Positions 45,108 through 58,879 of a stretch of 63,538 nucleotides of DNA are shown one piece after another. The notes beneath the pieces are model-generated. The model worked only from the letters and a program-made list of their open reading frames with translations. It was not told the origin of the DNA and searched no databases. Every line of letters begins with the position of its first letter. Within the stretch, counting starts at the first letter, position 1. The DNA comes from Chrysemys picta bellii. Its lineage: Eukaryota. The position numbers and the translations under genes were made by a program. The stretch spans positions 287,246,463 to 287,310,000 of the forward strand of contig NC_088792.1 in the NCBI RefSeq assembly GCF_011386835.1. Direction: 5' to 3'.

Positions 45108-47029
45108 GCAGGGGAAGAGCCGTGGGAAAAGGGGGGTTCGCCCCAGCTCATCTCTCTTCCTCACCCCACCCCCGCTCCCTGGCCCGGTGCCTCAAAGCCG
45201 CACCCGGCCCCCACTCTCGCGGGACTCGCCGCCACGTCCTCACCATGCCGGCAAAGCCGCCGGAGCGATGCGCTGCAAGCAGCACGTCACTGGGTTCCAA
45301 GCAATGGGCCCCATCCCGGGCTAGGACTGGGCCGTGTCACACACCCGGGCTCCGTGGCTGCCCCGCCTCTCTAGCACAGCTGACTCCATCACCATCCTCA
45401 GTCAGCCTGGCGCAGAACCTGACCCACAACTTCGCCTCCTCCCTTATCCCTCCCCTCCGTGCCTTCAATGTCTCCCGCCTTTCCCCTCTTCTCTCCCACC
45501 TCAATTGCCGCGGCCTCCCTGACGCCCACCCCGGCCCTTGCTGGCCCACACAAGCCCCCGTGGCTGCAATCGCCTTGGAATTTCTCTAGCATTTCTCCTG
45601 CAGGGGCTTTCAGTTTTTAGCTGTAGTGCTGCGTGCGATACAGGACCCTTAGCTGGAGATACCAGCTCTTCTACAGAACTTTTTGCCTGTCAATCAGAAA
45701 GCCCTTTACAAAGGAGGTCAGTGAATTCTTAGATGTTACTCCAGCTGGGCTTCTAAGACCTCAGGAGCCTTGGGGTCTCCTCTCTACCAGATGGAGTCCC
45801 AGTACAAGGGGGAACATCTGGCTGGAGACAAAGGAAGGGCCCCCCCACTTATTAAGTCTGGTTTTACTCAGTTCTCCCTAGAACTGATCGCACAAGCTGG
45901 AATCCCGGGCTCTCCAGGAACGGGTGGACATCCTCAAATGGTCTGCAGAGATGCCTTTCTGTGACCTGGGGTAACTCCGTCTCTCACGAACATTGAGTCC
46001 TCAGCTCCTGCCGAACAAAGTCTGGAGACCTTTAACTACCAGGCTCCCACCTTGAATATTCCTGTGTAGCTATATATGGGCTAGTCCATCAATCATTCTG
46101 TATTTCCCTTCTCTTTCTGTAGCTCCTCCTTCTAGGGACTTTTCTCTGACTATTTTCGGAAGCCAGAAGCCTCCATCCTCTCCAGACTAGCGCCTTCCTT
46201 TCCTACAGAGCAGATAAGAGTCTTTTAATAAGACTCTGGTATTTGGAGGGAAATGGCCTTGCTTTATTTACTTAAGAACACTCCACTCAGTGCACGCCTT
46301 AGTTTGCAGGACAAGTTCATCCTTCTGGTCTTGAAGAAACCAGTGTGAACTAAACCCAAAGTCAAGCCGGTTTCAGCTAACGCAGCCAGAATCTGATTGA
46401 ACTCTCATTGCACCAGCTCTCACTCTTTTCCACTGGTGCGATGCACACGTGCCTACAGACTGAGACATTCAAACAGCGGCTGCATCCACACCCCGCCCAC
46501 TGCAGAGGAAACTGCAAGTCCAGCACAAAGGGGCAGGACAGTCTAGTAGGAGAATCACAGGATTTGGAGTCAGGACTCCTGGGTTCTGTTCTCAGCTCTG
46601 AGCCCTGGGTGAACAATCAAACTTACAGGTGAGAGATGGGAATGGAAGAGAAGCCAGGCGAAATGTATTGGTTGAGCCACCCACATTATATAACAATAGT
46701 AACCAGCCTGTATATCGCACCTTTTACCAATAGATCTTAAAGTGCTTTACAAAGGATGTCAGTATCATTATCCCCATTGCACAGATGGGGATACTGAGGC
46801 ACGGAGGGGTCACGTGACTTGCCCAGGCAGGCCAGTGGCAGAGCCAGGAATAGAATCCAGATCTCTCCAATTTCAGTCCAATGCTCTATCCACTAGGCCA
46901 CCCTGACTCAGGAATGATTCACAGAGACTGCCTGAGAGTTCTCAGCCTACTTTACACCGAATTGCGCGGCTGCTATGACTAACGCCCACCGTGGCGAAGA
47001 CGATGGAGCCCTCCGGCACAGAGGAGACG

Positions 47030-47140
47030 GTGACTTCGGAGGCGTCCACGGTGCGCAGGTAATCGAAGAAAGCCTTCTCCATAGTGCTGGGCAGGACCGA
47101 CTGCAGGTACTCGATTTCTGGAAAGCAGCCAGAGATCGCT
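47030..47140 (-). CDS. NAPRT: NAPRT exon 2 (..DVEYLQSVLPSTMEKAFFDYLRTVDASEVTV..)
   Basis: The minus-strand translation fits the NAPRT 'yl.svLP......FF.yL...D.S.V.v' motif. Boundaries are approximate. Confidence 0.7.
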
Positions 47141-47759
47141 GTTCACAGAGGAGCACCCTCGTGCCCTGGGAGAGGTGTCCCAGCGGCAGACGGGGCGGTG
47201 GGTTTAGATGATGTCACTACCAAGGTCTCCCTGAGGGCAGGCAGGGGATTTTTTCCCAACCCCCATGTTGTTCACTAGCCCTCTACGGTCCCATCTGCCC
47301 TGCGAGAACCACCCCACTGCAGCTCCACTGTGCTCCCGCCTGGGTAGCCACAGTCCCGAGTCCGGCTGCCTCCCCGTTGTGCTGGGCTGAGGCATGACTG
47401 GAGAGGAGAGTTCACACCGCCGGTCCCAGGTCCACAGAGCAGACCAAGCACCACACCGGAGCAGATGGGACCGAGCAGCTGGTCAGAGCACCCACGACGG
47501 CACCGTGCTGGCAGTGACTGTGCTCAGACCTGGCTGTGGGCAGGGAAATTCTGATCCCAAAGCAGGGCCTCGGCGAGAAGACCATGCGGCGGGAGGATGG
47601 ACATAACGCCCAGTGATGGCTGAGGCAGAACAACGGCCAGAGCAGGGCTCCGGCTAGCTCATTAGCTCGTCTCCAACAGCAGCCCCAGCCCCAGCTGCTT
47701 CGGTGGAAAGTATAAACCACCCCACAACGGTTGCGTCTGACCGGAGATGACCCTTAGAA

Positions 47760-50007
47760 CATAAGAACGGCCATACTGGGTCAGAGCAAAGGTCCATCGA
47801 GCCCAGTATCCTGTCTGCCGACAGTGCCCAATGCCAGGTGCCCCAAAGGGAATGAGCAGACAGGTTATCATCAAGTGATCCATCCCATCGCCCATTCCCA
47901 GCTTCTGGCAAACAGAGGCTAGGGACACCATTCCAGCCCATCCTGGCTAATAGCCATTGATGGACCTATCCTCCATGAATCTATCTAGCGCCCTTTTGAA
48001 CACCGTTAGAGTGTTGGCCTTCAAAACACCCTCTGGCAAGGAGTTCCAGAGGTTGACAGTGCGTTGCGTGAAAAAAAATACTTTCCTGCATTTGTTTTAA
48101 ATCTGCTATTAATTTCATTTGGTGGCCCCTTGTTCTTGTATTATGAGAAGGAGTAAATAACACTTCCTTATTTACTTTCTCCACACCACTCATGATTTTA
48201 TAGACCTCTATCATATCCCCCCTTAGTCGCCTCTTTTCCAGCTGAAAAGTCCCAGTCTTATTAATCTCTCCTCATACGGAAGCCGTTCCATACCCCTAAT
48301 AATTTTTGTTGCCCTTTTCTGAACCTTTTCCAATTCCAATATATCTTTTTTGAGATGGGGTGCCACATCTGCACGCAGTATTCAAGGTGTGGGCGTACCA
48401 TGGATTTATATAGAGGCAGTATGATCTTTTCTGTCTTATTATCTATCCCTTTCTTGATGATTCCCAACATTCTGTTTGCTTTTTTGACTACTGCTGCACA
48501 TTGAGTGGATGATTTCAGAGAACTATCCACAATGACTCCAAGATCTTTCTTGAGTGGTAACAGCTAATTTAGATCCCATCATTTTATATGTATAGTTGGG
48601 ATTATGTTTTCCATGTGCATTACTTTGCATATCTCAACATTAAATTTCATCTGCCATTTTGTTGCCCAGTCACCCAGTTTTGTGAGATCCTTTTGTAGCT
48701 CTTGCAGTCTGCCTGTGACTTAACTATCTTGAGTAGTTTTGTATCATCTGCAAATTTTGCCACCACACTGTTTACCCCTTTTTCCAGATCATTTATGAAT
48801 ACGTTGGATAGGACTGGGCCCAGTACAGACCCCCTGGGGGACACCCTATTTACCTCTCTCCATTCTGAAAACTGACCATTTATTCCTACCCTTTGTTTCC
48901 TATCTTTTAACCAGTTACCGATCCATGAGAGGACCTTCCCTCTTATCCCATGACTGCTTACTTTGCTTAAGAGCCTTTGGTGAGGGACCTTGTCAAAGGT
49001 TTTCTGAAAATCTAAATACACTATATCCACTGGATCTCCTTTGTCCGCATGCTTGTTGACCCCCTCAAAGAATTCTAGTAGATTGGTGAGGCATAATTTC
49101 CCTTTAAAAAAACCATGTTGACTATTTCCCAACAAATTATGTTCATCTATGTGTCTGACATTTTTGTTCTTTACGATAGTTTCAACCAATTTGCCCGGTA
49201 GTGAAGTGAGGCTTACTAGACCGTAGTTGCCAGGATCAACTCTGGAGCCCTTTTTAAAAAATGGCGTCACATTAGCTGTCCTCCAGTCATTCGGTACAGA
49301 AGCTGATTTAAATGATAAGTTACAGATGACAGTTAGTAGTCCTGCAATTTCACATTTGAGTTCCTTCAGCACTCTTGGGTTAATACCATCAGGTCCTGGA
49401 GACTTATTACTGTTTAACGTAAGAACATAAGAATGGCTGTACTGGGTCAGACCAAAGGTCCATCCAGCCCAGTATCCTGTCTGCTGACGGTGACAAATGC
49501 CAGGTGCCCCAGAAGGAGTGAACCTAACAGGTAATGATCAAGTGATCTCTCTCCTGCCATCCATCTCCATCTTCTGACAAACAGAGGCTAGGGACACCAG
49601 TCCTCACCCATCCTGGCTAACAGCCATTAATGGACTTAACCTCCATGAATTTATCTAGTTCTCTTTCAAACCCTGTTATAGTCCTAGCCTTCACAACCTC
49701 CTCAGGCAAGGAGTTCCACAGGTTGACTGTGCGCTGTGTGAAAAAGAACTTCCTTTTATTTGTTTTAAACTCGCTGCCCATTTCATTTGGTGGCCCCTAG
49801 TTCTTATATTATGGGAACAAGTAAATAACTTTCCTTATTCACTTTCTCCATACCACTCATGATTTTATTTACTTCTGTCATATCCCCCCTTAGTCTCCTC
49901 TTTTCCAAGCTGAAAAGTCCTAGCCCCTTTAATCTCTCTTTATATGGGACCCGTTCCAAACCCCTAATCATTTTAGTTACCCTTCTCTGAACCTTTTCTA
50001 ATGTCAG

Positions 50008-50060
<53 letters not shown>

Positions 50061-51720
50061 GGAGACCACATCTGTACGCAGTATTCAAGATGTGGGCGTA
50101 CCATGGATTTATATAAGGGCAATAATATATTCTCAATCTTATTCTCTATTCCTTTTTTAATGATTCCTAACATCCTGTTTGCTTTTTTGACTGCCGCTGC
50201 ACACTGCGTGGACGACTTCAGAGAACTATCCACGATGACTCCAAGATTTCTTTTCTGATTAGTTGTAGCTAAATTAGCCCCCATCGTATTGTATGTATAG
50301 TTGGGGTTATTTTTTCCAATGTGCATTACTTTACATTTATCCACACTGAATTTCATCTGCCATTTTGTTGCCCAATCATTTAGTTTTGTGAGATCTAGTT
50401 TATCAATTTGTTTAAAAAACCCCTCTAATGACACCTCAATTTGGGACAGTTCCTCAGATCTGTCGCCCAAAAAGAATGGCTCAGGTTTGGGAATCTCCCT
50501 CACATCCTCAACAGTGAAGACCGATGCACAGAATTCATGTAGTTTCTCCGCAATGACCTTATCGTCTTTGAGTGCTCCTTTAGCATCTCGATGGCCCCAC
50601 TGGTTGGTTAGCAGGGTTCCTGCTTCTGATCTATTTAAAAAACATTTTGCACTTACTTTTTGAGTCTTTGGCTAGCTGTTCTTCAAATTCTTTTTTGGCC
50701 TTCCTAATTATATTTTTACATTTCATTTGCCAGAGTTTATACTCCTTTCTATTTTCCTCATTAGGATTTAACTTCCACTTTTTAAAGGATGCCTTTTTGC
50801 CTCTTACTGCTTCTTTTACTTTGTTTAGCCATGGTGGCTCTTTTTTGGTTCTCTTACTGTGTTTCTTAAATTGGGGTATGCATTTAAGTTGAGCCTCTAT
50901 TATGGTGTCTTTCAAAAATTTCCATGCAGCTTGCAGGGATTTTACTTTTGGCGCTGAACCTTTTAATTTCTGTTTCACTAACCTCCTCATTTTTGTGTAG
51001 TTCCCCTTTCTGAAATGAAATGCTACAGTGTTGAGCCGCTGAGGTGTTTTCCCTGCCACAGGGATGTTAAATTTAATTATATTATGGTCACTATTACCAA
51101 GCAGTCCAGCTATATTCACCTCTTGGACCTGATCCTGTGCTGCACTTAGGACTAAATCGAGAATTGCCTCTCCCCTTGTGGGTTCCAGGACCAGCTGCTC
51201 CAAGAAGCAGTTATTTAAGGTGTCAAGAAATTTTATCTCAGCATCCCGTCCTGAGGTGATAGGTACCCAGTCACTATGGGGAGAGTTGAAATCCCCCATT
51301 ATTATTATTGAGTTTTTTATTTTAATAGCCTCTCTAATCTCCCTGAGCATTTCAGAGTCACTATCACCATCCTGGTCAGGTGGTCTGTAATATAGCCCGA
51401 CTGCAATATTCTTATTTTTCAAGCATGGAATTACTATCCATACAGATTCTATAGTACAATTTAGTTCATTTAAGATTATTACTTCATTTGATTCTACGCT
51501 TTCTTTCACATCTAGTGCCACTCCCCCACCAGCACGACCTGTTCTGTCCTTCCAGTATATTTTGTACCCTGGTATTAATGTGTCCCATTGATTATCCTCA
51601 TTCCATCAGGTTTCTGTGATGCCTATTATATCAATATCCTCATTGAATATGAGGCACTCTAGTTCACCCATCTTATTATTTAGACTTCTAGCATTGGTAT
51701 ATAAGCACTTTAAAAACTCG
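47760..51720 (-). mobile_element. Nested and fragmented CR1 LINE copies in NAPRT intron 1
   Basis: Endonuclease-region ORF (50631-51521: GLYYRPPDQD, IMGDFN, SDHNII), RT-region ORF (48647-49372: QHGF, YLDFQKTFDKVPH, KFADDTKL) and several 3' ends ([15 protein letters not shown]). Frameshifted. Confidence 0.9.
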
Positions 51721-52972
51721 TCACTTTTTGGCTGTCCCCTAACAGGGTCATCTATACCCCAAACGAGAGACACTCGGCTTTAACTGTAATCAGCTTTATC
51801 TGCCAATTGGAAGCACGCAGGAGCCAGGGAGAATAAACACTTTGCCTCTCTGTAGCCACTTCCTTCCCAGGATCTCTAACTGCTCTAGAACCACCCTGGA
51901 AGGCAGGGGAGAATCCTGGGGAAACTGAGGCACGGGGCAGGGACATGACTTGACCAGGATAACTCAGGGGATCAGTGGCAGAGCCAAGAGTAGCACAGAG
52001 CTCTCGACTCCCCGTCTTGTGCTCTAACCACTAAGCCACCCACCCTCTGAACCAAGGACCTCATGATGCCAGCTGGCAGAGGGCACAGGGGTAGATAAAG
52101 GTTACAGCGATTCTCTTGGTCTGGTGTTTACACCTTAGTTCACCAAGGAGCGTCAGGTAAGATCTCTACTGAAAGCCTGCATCTCACACTGGTCATCACA
52201 ATCCTTGCCAGAAGAGGCTTGAAATGACCCCAAATGACGTTTTGTTTTCATACACAAGTAGTGTTTTCCTAACTCTGCAGTGCAGAACATATGGTGATTT
52301 GGATTGGACAGCGGGCGGGAGAGATCCATTAGGAGAAGGTTTGGGTAAAGGTTTCCCAAGCACAAAAAGGAACTAGATCAGCTGTTTATTTGTGAAGTCC
52401 CTTGATTTGGGGTAGCTGATGACGGAGACGAAGCCACACAGGAGAGACAAAGCTGCCGAGCTGGGGTGATAGTTAACAAGTGATAACCCAAGTCACAGAA
52501 AGACAGAGTTGTGATTACTGCTACTGACTGGCTATTAATTGAGCAAACACTGGCCTCACTGAAAGTCCAGGAGAGATTTGCTATCAGCCTGGAAGGAAGC
52601 CAAGATTTCATCCCCTCCCCTCCTCATTCCCCTGTTTGCCTTATCCCCCATGATGCCCTGTTTTTATAGAAACAGACTGTCACTTGCTACATGTTCATGA
52701 GGTGCTCTTTGCAATAAAGTCCTGTCCTGGAGCTTCTGTGATAAATAATAATAATGGCACAGCTTAGAGACAGAGGGAGCAGGCAAAGAAAGAAATCTGG
52801 GCTGTGAGGAGTTAGAGAGAGTGAATACTGAGATCTGGTCTACACAGGTTGGCGCTCAGGGGTGGGAAAAGTCCATGCTCCAGGTTTGCTGCTTCTGTCG
52901 ACCTTGCTCCGTTCACTCGGGAAGGTGGAGTTCTTACACTGACGGAAAAACACCTTCTATTGCTGCAGTCAT

Positions 52973-53285
52973 AGAATATCAGGGTTGGAAGGGACCTCAG
53001 GAGGTCATCTAGTCCAACCCCCTGCTCAAAGCAGGACCAACCCCAACTAAATCATCCCAGCCAAGGCTTTGTCAAGCCGGGCCTTAAAAACCTCTAAGGA
53101 AGGAGATTCCACCACCTCCCTAGGTAAACATTCCAGTGCTTCACCGCCCTCCTAGTGAAATAGTGTTTCCTAATATCCAACCTAGACCTCCCTCACTGCA
53201 ACTTGAGACCATTGCTCCTTGTTCTGCCATCTGCCACCACTGAGAACAGCCCAGCTCCATCCTCTTTGGAACCCCCTTTCTGTCT
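52973..53285. mobile_element. CR1 3'-end fragment
   Basis: 'tcatagaatatcagggttggaagggacctcaggaggtcatctagtccaacccc' is the canonical CR1 3' region, present here as its reverse complement. Confidence 0.75.
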
Positions 53286-53989
53286 GCACTATGGGATTAT
53301 GCCAGCATAGCGACGCACCGTATCTCTGCTACAGTGCAGACCTGGCCTCAGAGTCAGGGAAGAGGGAGTTTACAGGGTGGGCAGCGTAGGAAGGTGGCAC
53401 TGACACATCACAGGGAGGAGTGACCTTATAACAACCTAGAAACCTAGACAGAGGGCCCCATGCTCCCCCACTCCCTAGGCAAGCAACACTCGGAGACATG
53501 GTACAGTGTTTCTAGTAATGCCCTCCTCCCGGTAGGGACCCTGCCTGGGGCAGGTGAGGGGAATGCAAGGGTTGTGACCTCGATTTGTGCCACACAGGTG
53601 GAAGCCCAGGGAGTTTGTAGCCCACCCACCACATGAGGCAAAACCTGTCCCGGCCATTTCCCCAGCACCAATCCCCCGGCACTGACGTTCAGCTCCTAAC
53701 ACTCCCCTAAACCACCCACCCCCCGCCTGCCCCACCCAACACCCACCTGCCCCTAACGCTTCCCTGCCCCACCCACCCCCTGCCTGCCTCTAACGCTTCC
53801 CTGACCTACCCATCCCCTACCTGCCCCACCCACCCCCTGCCTGCTCCAATGCCCCATGGCCCGGTCCCTTTTGCTCATTGGCACTAACCCCAACCTTGCC
53901 TGCCACCTGCCCCTGCCCCTACAACTCTCAGGCACTGATGTCCAGCTCCTAACACTAACACCCCCTCCTCCACCTGCCCCGAATGCTCC

Positions 53990-54905
53990 CTGGCACTGCC
54001 TGCTACCCAGCCCTGCCCCTACTCAGAGGTGGTGCTAGCCCACTGGGGGCCCTAAGCAGGAATAATTTTGTGGGGGGCCCCCGGGGAACCCCCTCACACA
54101 ACACACACTAAAAAAGCAAATAAAGTGCTGCCTTGAACTGCTCAGGGCCCTACGTCTTAGTCTGCTTATGCCTAGCGCCAGCTCTGTCCCTGCTGCTCCC
54201 TGGCATTGACCCCTCCCCTGCCTGCCCCCAGGGCTCCCTGTCACTGCCCCCAGTGCCCCCCCACCCGCTCCCTGGCACTGCCGCCAATGATCCCGGACAG
54301 TGCCCTCCCCCCCATACCCAGGCACTCCCTGGCATGGCCCCATATCCTGCCTGCCTCCCCCCCACACTCCCTAGCACTGTCCCCACTCTGCCTGCCCCCC
54401 CTCCCTGTACCGGCCCCGGCCCCATATGCTGCCTGCCCCCCCCCGCTCCCTGGCACTGCCGCCAATGATCCCGGACAGTGCCCTCCCCCCCATGCCCTAG
54501 CACTCCTCCCCACCCCCCCACACTCCCTGGCATGGCCCCATATCCTGCCTGCCTCCCCCCCCCACGCTCCCTAGCACTGTCCCCACCATGCCTGCCCCCC
54601 CTCCCTGGCCCGGCCCCAGCCCCATATGCTGCCTACCCCCCCCCCCCGCTCCCTGGCCCAGCCCCATATGCTGCCTGCCCCCCCGCTCCCTGGCCCAGCC
54701 CCATATGCTGCCTGCCCCCCCCGCTCCCTGGCCCAGCCCCGGCCCCGGCCCCATATGCTGCCCCCCCCCCCGGCCCAGCCCCATATGCTGCCCCCCCCCC
54801 CCCTGGCCCAGCCCCATATGCTGCCCCCCCCCCGGCCCAGCCCCATATGCTGCCCCCCCCGCTCCCTGGCCCAGCCCCATATGCTGCCCCCCCCCCGCTC
54901 CCTGG
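53990..54905 (+). repeat. C-rich degenerate tandem repeats immediately 3' of NAPRT exon 1
   Basis: Repeated 'ggcccagccccatatgctg(C)n' (about 28-33 bp) and 'ggcactgccgccaatgatcccggacagtgccc' units. Confidence 0.85.
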
Positions 54906-54910
54906 CCCTA

Positions 54911-55111
54911 CCCGGCTCGCGGAGGCGGAAGGCCCGCAGGAAGGCCAGGCACTCGCCCAGCCCCGCGCTCAGGGCGAAGCCCCCCCGAAAGGGGCAGCGG
55001 CGGAAGAAGAGCTCGAACTCGGCCGGCTCCCGCTGCCGCCCGGCCCGCCAGTAGCCATAGGCCATGGTGAACTGGTAGAGGTCGGTGAGCAGCGCCAGCG
55101 AGTCCCGCCGC
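54911..55111 (-). CDS. NAPRT: NAPRT exon 1 ([70 protein letters not shown])
   Basis: Contains the LLTDLYQ.TMA.GYW and FELFFRR.PF.G.FAL.AGL signature of eukaryotic nicotinate phosphoribosyltransferase. The ATG is at about 55111 and a gta donor lies near 54910. CCAAT on the minus strand upstream (about 55210), within a GC-rich island. Confidence 0.9.
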
Positions 55112-56599
55112 CCCGGCTCCATCCCGGCCCCAGCCCCCGGGGAGCCTCGCCCGGGCGGGGCGGGCGCCAGCTGTAGCGCCACGTGGGGGCCGAGGGGCGC
55201 TGCAGCCAATGGGAGCCCCCTCCGCCCGCAAGGGCGCCTGGGAGTTGTAGTCCGAGCGGGGCCGCAGGACACACGGGGCAGGGGCAGCCCGCCCGTTGCC
55301 CATCACTGGGTGGCCCCACCCAGGGGCCTGGGGCCCTGATTCTGTGTAACCCTTCCCAGCTGGGCTCGGCTGCAGTGACCTCCTCCCCCAGGCCGGCTGC
55401 ACGTGGATTCTGTGCCCACCCTTCTAGGGCTTGGCTCAGGGATCAGGTCCCTAAAGGTATTTGGGCTCCAAACTTCCATGGAAATCAATGGAGCCTAAAG
55501 AGGGTGACCAGGTGCCTGCTTTTCAACTGGAAAGTCCGGTCAAAAAGGGGATCCGAGTGTCCAGTCAGATCTATTGACCGGACACCCATAGTCCAGTTAC
55601 TGTGGGTGGGGGAGGCAGGGAGGTGCTAGGCTATCCCCCTTGTCAGCCCCTACTCAGCCAGGGCTGCCTCCTACCTGCATCAGGTGGCTGCAGCTCCCTG
55701 CTCTGCAGAGGGAGACAGGGGAGAGGAGGGAAAGAGGAGTGATTGTTGGGCAGGGCCTTTGGAGAAGAGGGAGGGGAGGGGTGAGGCCTGGGGGGAAGGG
55801 GTGGGTCCTCAGGGAGAAGAGGTTCCAGCACTCTTGCTGGAGTGTCCCGTTTTTAAATATTACAAAGTTGGCAACCCTAAGCCTAAATACTTTTAGGAAT
55901 CTGGGCCCAGGTGCTTCCCTCCCATAAGGCTCAAACAGCAATTTACCAGGCACAGTGCACTGGACTTACACTTCTGTTATAACTTAGAAGTTCTTACACC
56001 GCATTCATCATTGTAATAGCAGGGTGCCTTCCAGTCGCGCATTAAGCCACCTAACAGCTACCACCTGTAGTTTGTTCCTGAGCTTTGAAATTCAAGTCCT
56101 CGGTTCCCCAGAGCCAGGTAAATATTATCTGCATTGTACAGGTGAGGAAACAAGTGAACTGCCTTATGCAATATAGGGAGTACAGGAGATACGAGAGACT
56201 GAATTCACTGCTATATAACTATTAAAGTTAGTAGAATGGCACCTGCTCATGGCAGCTGTACAGGTATATAATTCTTCTAAGACCCTAGCAAGAACAAAGA
56301 GCAAAACTAGCCAAAGTTCTACTAAATATAGCACAAGAAATCTTTACCTTGTTTTCTAATCATACAAAGGAGATGTTCTTGTTTAATCAGAACAGATCAA
56401 GTTTATTAATTTTATTTAACTAGTCTCTGCAAATCATTAAAATTGCTACTTCTGAGGTTTCAGCCAATCATTTACCTTGGTTGGGAATTTCTACAAAGGA
56501 AAAAACCCAAGCTTTACAGGATCATACCATTCCAAAAGCAATCCTGTTAGGCATACATGCTGCACTGTTCAACAGATCTTCACACATAAGGCTAGAACT

Positions 56600-58020
56600 T
56601 CTAGCCTAGATGATACCATTGAACAGAAGAACAGCCATACTGGGTCAGACCAATTGTCCAGTTAGCCCAGTAGCTTGTCTTGACTGCAGCTGGTGCCAGA
56701 TACTTCAGAGGGAATGAACAGAACAGGGTAATTTCTAGTGATCCATCCCCCATCATCCACTCCCAGCTTCTGCCGATTGGTTTATTGACACCCAGTGATG
56801 AGGTTGCATTCCTGACCATCTTGGCTAACAGGTTTTGATGGACCCATTGTCCCTGAACTTGCCCAGTTCTATTCTGACCCATTTATACTTCAAGAAAGGA
56901 ATTAGAGTTTACAGAGGATAGGTCCATTAATTGAGATCATCTAGTAGTCCAGCCTCCAGCATAACAAGCCATAAGACTTCCCTGAACTAACCCATTTGAA
57001 CACGAGTATTTTTTACAAAAACATCCAATTGTAATTTTAAAATGTTCACCGGGGAGACCATCCTGAGCCTGGGTAAGGTTTTTCCAAAGGTTAATTACCC
57101 TCACCTGACCTGTTAAACATTTACACCTTATTTCCAGTCTGAGTTTGTCTAGTTTCAGCTTCATAGAAATGTAGGACTACAAGGGACAATGAGAAGTTGA
57201 AGTCCAGCCTCCCAGTGCTGAGGCAGTACCAAATAAACCCAGATTAATCCTGACACGTGTTTGTCCAACCGGTTCTTAAAACATCCAACAGGGATCCCCC
57301 ATTCTCCACTGGAAGCCATTGGAGATTAATTACCCTCATTGTTAGAATTTTTTCCCCCAATAGCTAACCTAAATCTTCCTTGCTGCAAATTAAGCCCATT
57401 ACTTGTGGTCCTACCTCCAGTGGACATGGAGAACAATTGATCCCTGTCCTCTGTAGAACAGCCCTGAACATAGTTGAAGACTGTTTTCAGGTCCCCCCTC
57501 AGTCATCTTTTCTAAACATGCCCAGTTTTTTTTACGCTTTCTTCATAGCTCAGGTTTTCTAAACCTCTTATCATTTTTGTCGCTCTCCTCTGGACTCTCT
57601 CTAATTTGTCCACATCTTGAAGGGTGCTACTCAGAATTAGAGACAGTGCTCCAGCTGCGGCCTCATCAGTGCTGAGCAGAGCAGAACAATTACCTCCCAT
57701 GTTTTACATACAACACTCCTCTTACTATGCCCCAGGATCTTAGCCTTTTTTGCAACTGGATCACCTGTTGATGTGTATTCTGGTTGTGATCCATTACAAC
57801 CCCCGTCTCCTTTTCAGCAGTGCTACCGCCTAGCCAGTTATTCCCCATTGGGTAGTTGCACGTTTGATTTTCCTTCCTAAGTGAAGTACTTGGCACTTGT
57901 CTTCATTGAATTTCATCTGGTTGATTTCAGATCAATTCTCCAATTTGCCAAGCTAATTTTGAATTCTGATCTTACCCTCCAAAGTGCTCGCAGCACTTCT
58001 CAGCTTGGCATCATCTGCAG
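56600..58020. mobile_element. Degraded CR1 fragments
   Basis: CR1-like ORF2 residues ([28 protein letters not shown]) in broken frames. Confidence 0.7.
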
Positions 58021-58879
58021 GTGTTATAAGCCCGCAGAGCTTTGTTTCAGAAGATGGAGTGCATCTACTTTTACACTTGGATATAAGAGCACCAAAGGAG
58101 TCCCTGCAAGGGAGTGTTTACTGTCACCACGAGGCCCTGCAGGAGCTGAGACCCATCGACTGAAGTGTACCTGCCTCTTATCGTCACTGCATTCTGACCC
58201 CATCCTACATGTTAGTCCCACCTCTGCTGCTTCCCAGAGCTCTCCCTGCACCTAGGTCTCTTTTCTGAGCCTTCCCTGAAACTCCTGTGCCAGAGCTCAA
58301 TAAGGAGCATTTAGTACTTAGAGACTAGTAGCAGAGGGGTAGCCGTGTTAGTCTGGAGCTGTAAAAAGCAACAGTCTCCCCTGTGGCACCTTATAGACTA
58401 ACAGACGTATTGGAGCATGAGCTTTCGTGATGAAGTGGGTATTCACCCACGAAAGCTCATGCTCCAATACGTCTGTTAGTCTGTAAGGTGCTACAGGACT
58501 CTGTCGCTTGTTACTTCGAGACTGTCATTCATTCAGTGGATCATGATGATACCTGCTGAGTAACACAAATGTATCAATCATTGATCAGATAGGTTTCCAC
58601 AACTGGATTTCAGTTCGCAATTACTTCCTGACCTAAGAGAGTCAAGGGCATCAACACGCCCTTCCCGAAGCGTCCCTCCACAGCTAACTTTGCTCTCAAA
58701 TACACAAGCTCTCCAGCAAAAGCAAACATGAAGCCCAGAGGTGTTGAACACCCCCATTCCCACATTGAAATCAATAGATGCAAGTGCTTGGCAATTCAAT
58801 TCAATACAGAAGCTATATAATTTCCCAAGAGCCCCACACACCTCCATGGCAAGATCAACATGAAGCGCTCATTTAGGTA

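Noticed and set aside
50631-51521. 296-aa ORF as a domesticated endonuclease gene
   Set aside because: It is contiguous with frameshifted CR1 RT fragments, so it is an ordinary decayed ORF2.
54478-55176. Pro-rich 232-aa ORF that looks extensin- or collagen-like
   Set aside because: It is a translation of C-rich tandem repeats plus the antisense of NAPRT exon 1.
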